This document shows positions 58,676-63,757 of a stretch of DNA of 63,757 nucleotides, one piece after another. Position numbers and translations under genes: made by a program. Numbering within the stretch: the stretch's first letter is position 1; every line of letters starts with the position of its first letter. This stretch comes from Octopus bimaculoides (lineage: Eukaryota): positions 48,830,932-48,894,688 of the forward strand of contig NC_068987.1 in NCBI RefSeq assembly GCF_001194135.2, read 5' to 3'. The notes beneath the pieces are model-generated. The model ran no database searches and was not told where the DNA came from. It saw nothing but the letters and a program-made list of their open reading frames with translations.

Positions 58676-61600
58676 GTACTAATCCATATAAATATCTAGC
58701 CCTTTTGTAACTATATTTCTTTTGAAATACACTACCTTTGCTACAATTAATTTTGAAAAGACTAACTAATTTAGGAGAAATAATTTTATCATAATTAAGC
58801 TGGTGTGTGGGATATAAAATGAAATTCTAATGGAAAGTTTTAATGTAGATCACTTTAAATGGAATTTGTATCATAGAACCAAGGGTAGTTTCAGGCAGGT
58901 TGGTATCAAAAGAGTTAGAGGTGCTTGCTGGATAAAATAGTATAAGAAAATATGGATAATAAACAACTGTGCAAACTTAGCTTCTGTTTGAATGAAATAA
59001 TCTGTTATCCCCACCCCACTAAAAAAAAAAAAAAAAAAAAAAANNNNNNNNNNAAAAAAAAAAAAAAAAGAAAAAAACCACAGAGCAGGGGCATCTATAA
59101 AATGTCATATAGTAAATAGGGGACACTGAACAACAAGCTGTTGAAAACCATTGGTATGAATATTTAATGTGAATTGAAAAAAAAATGTTGAACAACTGCT
59201 GAATACAAGAGTTGAAAGAGATGTGCAATGGACCACACTGAATGTATCACAAATAAAAGTGATAGGGTGCAAATCGAACAGACTAATGTGAATGTGAAGC
59301 TAAATTCAGGAAGAACAAGACATGAAGAATGATGTGGTTTGTAGGTGCTAACTATATGAAAATTTGAAAAGAAGTAGTTAGAAAAGGACACATAGACAAA
59401 ATGATGTTTAGACAAAGGGCAATTCATATAAATTCGAACATCATCACTACTAGAGTAGGTATCCAAAAGAAGATGTCTTTCAAAAGGTCCAACTGTAGTT
59501 GTGGTGAGGTTGAAAGAGTATATAATCCAGTTTCAATTCTTGGTGACAGTAAATTCAAACTTACTAACTGTGGGTTTAAATTTTGCTGTAGTCACCTTTG
59601 CTTTTCATCTGTCTGGATTTGCTAAATCAAGAGGGAGAACTGGCAGAATTGTTAGCACATTGGACAAAATGCTTGGTGGCATTTCTTCCAGGTCTTTACA
59701 TTCAAAACTCAAACCTTGTTGAGGTCAACTTTGTCTTTCATCCTTTCAGTATCAACCAAATACTGGGTTGTTGGTAGTGATTAACCCACTCCTTTCAAAA
59801 TTATTGGCCTTATGTCTAAATTAGAAACTATCATTAAGAGGGAAAGCTGGCTGAGTTATTAGTGCATTGGAATAATGCTCAATGGCATTTCATTCACCTC
59901 TTCACATTCTGAGTACAAATTCCATGGAGGTCAATTTTGCCTTTCATCTTTTCAGGGTTGATAAAATATAATGTCAGTCAAGTACTAGGGTTGATATAAT
60001 TGATTAACTCCTGTCCTTAAAAAACAGTGGAAGGATGGACACAATTATATTTAGCTTTTTGTTACCATATTTCTGTTGAAATGCACTGCCTTCGTTTCAA
60101 TTAATTTCGAAAATAATGAAGAATTTAATAAAATAACTCAACGTTAAAGGGCTCGTGCTTGGAACTCAAACTGATACAAAGTTTTGATGGAAGGTTTTAA
60201 TTTAGATCACTTCAAAACAGGAAAGCTTCTATCATAGTATCAGGGGCAGTTTCAGGTGAGTTGATATATAAAGGGTTAGTAAAATTACAATGGTTTAGAA
60301 ACCATTGTAAGTTATCCAAAACCATAGTGAAGGATACAAATTTAATTGTGACATCTCAATAAAAAAGAGAAAGGGCCCAGATATTTCACTGGGATATTAT
60401 CAGTTTGAGAATCTTTAAGTAATGTAGTTGTAAGATTAATTATAAGATGAAGCTAAAGTAATTAAATAAAAAAAAACCCCAAAAACTCAGCAATGTCAGT
60501 GACTGTTTCCTACATTTTAACCATTTCCTTCTTTTTGACTTCCCTGCTCTATTTTAAAGAAATGAACATCATGTCCTCCTGTCCCTCAGAGTAAAAACAA
60601 ACCAAACTTACATCATGTTTATAAGCTAAATTACACTGAAAAGAATTAGTAGTGAGGAAGAGATATACTCAAGGATGCCAGAAGCTTAAAAAGCAACTAG
60701 TTAAGTGGATGCAAATGTACATAATATAGATATATATGCATTTTTAATTTATTGAAATTACACTCATAATGAGAAGAACTACTCATTATCTTAATGAAAA
60801 TAAATGGAGACAACAAGGAATTTATATAAAAGTTAATTAAAAATAGAATGCAGTGTCCTTGTATGTGTGTAGGAGGTGGGTAGCAGGTGGTTTTTGAACT
60901 TATCACTAATTACTAAGAAAGAGCTGACAGATGGCTCCATTGTAATTTAGTTCTAGTTGATTTTTATTCAGTAAAAATTTATGTTTTGGTTCACTATATT
61001 ATGTATGTTAGTGACCACTTCTACATATTCTCTTTGTATCAATTGATCTCCTCTCATGATTGCACAAACACACATTTGAAGTGGTGTCAACTTTCTAAGC
61101 TGAGTTGACCAAAACTCTCTTAATGACTACAAGATTAGAAGAAAAAAAAAATGCAGGTGACATGAAAAATTTCAAGCAATGATATCTTTTATTCTTAATT
61201 TGTTTCAGTCATTAGACTGTGGCCATGCTGGGGCTAAGTTATGGGGATGTGAACACACCAGCACTGAGTGGTGGTTGGGGGACAAACACAAACACACATA
61301 TATACGAGGAGCTTCTTTCAGTTTCAATCTACCAAATCTACTTGCAAGGCTTTGGTTGGCCTGAGGTTATAGTAAAGGTCACCTGCCAAAGGTGTCATGC
61401 AAGTTTCTTACCACACAGCCATGCCTATTGTGAACAAAATTTTCACCTTTATATAGAAGTTTGATGCATTTACAAGTACCACCACCACCACCACCACTAC
61501 TACAATGTAAATATCACTGTATTGACTTGACTCTGGGATGTTGTTACACACTGCTGGTCACAATGTGCCTCTCCACACAGTTGCAACTTTTAAATGATGC

Positions 61601-62563
61601 CACCCAACAGGCTAGGTGGGAAGGCCAATATTCCCCCTTGACTGGGACAACAGTCCGTCACAAGTTTTCCATTTACAGATGAGAGGACAGGAGTAACATG
61701 AATTGAAGTGTTTTGCTTAAGAACACGACATACCACTGGTCTGGAAATCAAAATCACGATCTAACATTTATGAGTGCAACACCCCTAACCACTAGATGAC
61801 ATGCCTTCACATAATGTAATATGATTCTAATGTAATATAACTCTTGTGCCATGTAAGTGCTGTGGGTGTGCTGCAAGTATTTTTGTGTGGCACAAGGCCA
61901 GCAAAGAGGGGGTAAGTTGATTATATCAACTCCAGTACTCAACTAGTACTTATTTTATCAACTTCTGAAAGGATGAAAGGCAAAGTCACTTAATTTTCTC
62001 ATCCTGAAGAGAGTGGACAGGCCTGTAGCTACTTTGGCAGGATGAATGTCAAGGTTGGTCTCGACAAGGTTTGAATTTGGGACATAGCTGTAATTAAATA
62101 CCACAAGCATTTATTATTTTTTTCATCCAATGTCCCAAATGATTCTGCAAAAGCTTTGTTGTTCTTAAATGATTTATACAAAAATATCAAAAATTGACTT
62201 AAGTGTTTGAACTTTAAATAAAATGACTAATTATTATCATCATTGCTCTCATTGTAAAAAGCTGACTTAAAGCTTNNNNNNNNNNNNNNNNNNNNNNNNN
62301 NNNNNNNNNNNNNNNNNNNNNNNNNNNNNNNNNNNNNNNNNNNNNNNNNNNNNNNNNNNNNNNNNNNNNNNNNNNNNNNNNNNNNNNNNNNNNNNNNNNN
62401 NNNNNNNNNNNNNNNNNNNNNNNNNNNNNNNNNNNNNNNNNNNNNNNNNNNNNNNNNNNNNNNNNNNNNNNNNNNNNNNNNNNNNNNNNNNNNNNNNNNN
62501 NNNNNNNNNNNNNNNNNNNNNNNNNNNNNNNNNNNNNNNNNNNNNNNNNNNNNNNNNNNNNNN

Positions 62564-62596
<33 letters not shown>

Positions 62597-62695
62597 ATAT
62601 GGAAAATTCTGAGAAGCCATTGGGTAGTAAATAAAACTAGGGTGAAGTTATATGGCTCCACAGTGGATTACTGAATGAAAGGGGATATAATAATA

Positions 62696-62735
<40 letters not shown>

Positions 62736-63757
62736 CAGATTTTGGCACAAGGTCAGCAAGTTTGGTGGGGAGGCGGATTGGGTCACTTATATCAACTCTT
62801 GTACTTAATTTATCAATTCTCAAAAGGATGAAAGGCAAAGTCAACCTTGGTGGAATTTGAACTCAGAATGTAAAGACAGATGAAATGCCATTAAGCATTT
62901 TGTCTGTGGTGCTACTGATTCTGCCAGCTCACCGCCCAAGTTTAGAACAAATTAACAAGAAATTTTGACAAATGGTTTTAATTTAGATTACTCTAAAACA
63001 GGAAGTTTGTGTTATAGACCCAGTTGGGTCACAGGCTGAATTGATATCAAAAGGGTTAAGGCCCCCAAGATAAAATAGTAGAGTAGAAGAAACAATAAAG
63101 CAGCAGACAATAATGTATTTTACCTTTCAAAGATTATGTGTAAAATGTGTCAAATATTTTAGGATTTAAACCAAGCCCCTTTTATCTCTTCTGGATAAAA
63201 AACAGGGATGTAATTAACTACCATAAGGTATTTGTTGTTACTGCTACGTCAGTGAGATTGAGATGCATGACTAAATGTATTCCAGCTGTCTTTTACTAAT
63301 AATCAGGGAACTAAGGACTACACTCTCCAATGTGTCCCTCTCTTTAAAACAACAGAATGTGATATGAAGAAAATTTGGCTGCTATTTCAACAAGGTGAGG
63401 AACCACATAGTAGAGTAATTTCAACTTTTTTAAGTCCACAACACACTGGATAAGTTGTTAAAAATGTTATGACACACCATTAAGTATATATATATATATA
63501 TATATATATATAACAATTAGAAAATGGAGGATAATATGCTGAACCCAACTACTTGCAGACGGTGTATCCCGTTGAATTCATTAATTTAATTCATAGCAAA
63601 AGTGACAAAAGAGAGGAAGAAAAGAAAAAGAAAGAAAGAACCAAAGCACAGGTGTCCATGGCAGACTATGTTATTTTGCCAACATGGTTTACATATAGAA
63701 GTACAAAGTACATAAGGAATTAGAGGATGAACAGAAGTTTAATCTTACAGCTGTTAC

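Noticed and set aside
59164-59722. Overlapping ORFs of 73-100 aa in unique-looking sequence
   Set aside because: No recognisable domain or convincing acceptor/donor pair in frame with exon A; not PDZ-like.
63742-63754. 13-bp match (ATCTTACAGCTGT) to the reverse complement of the foldback left arm
   Set aside because: Too short, at the window edge, and upstream sequence does not extend the match.

Overview
AT-rich animal genomic DNA, rich in microsatellites and SINEs, with 7 N-gaps. The repeat families suggest an octopus genome (inference). One protein-coding gene is supported: a minus-strand PDZ-LIM gene of the Zasp/ALP-Enigma family (Zasp52/LDB3/PDLIM7-like). I reconstructed ten exons by hand (37782 to 8707) with GT-AG sites and consistent phases. 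They encode an NFNAVARPF motif, Zasp-motif (ZM)-like segments, a proline-rich linker and three C-terminal LIM domains. I found no PDZ exon, so it is presumably beyond the right edge. The ZM region looks alternatively spliced: phase-symmetric cassettes, a possible LIM-less terminal exon, and an RBFOX-motif cluster. The rest is transposon debris: RTE, CR1-like and Tx1-like LINE relics, a mariner, a Chapaev3-like deletion derivative, MITEs, a foldback element and tRNA-derived SINEs. Best lead: a type I hammerhead ribozyme with an intact catalytic core at 11978-12061, in sense orientation in the Zasp LIM-region intron, plus a degenerate hammerhead-like relic at 33381-33418. All analysis was by eye; repeat boundaries are approximate.
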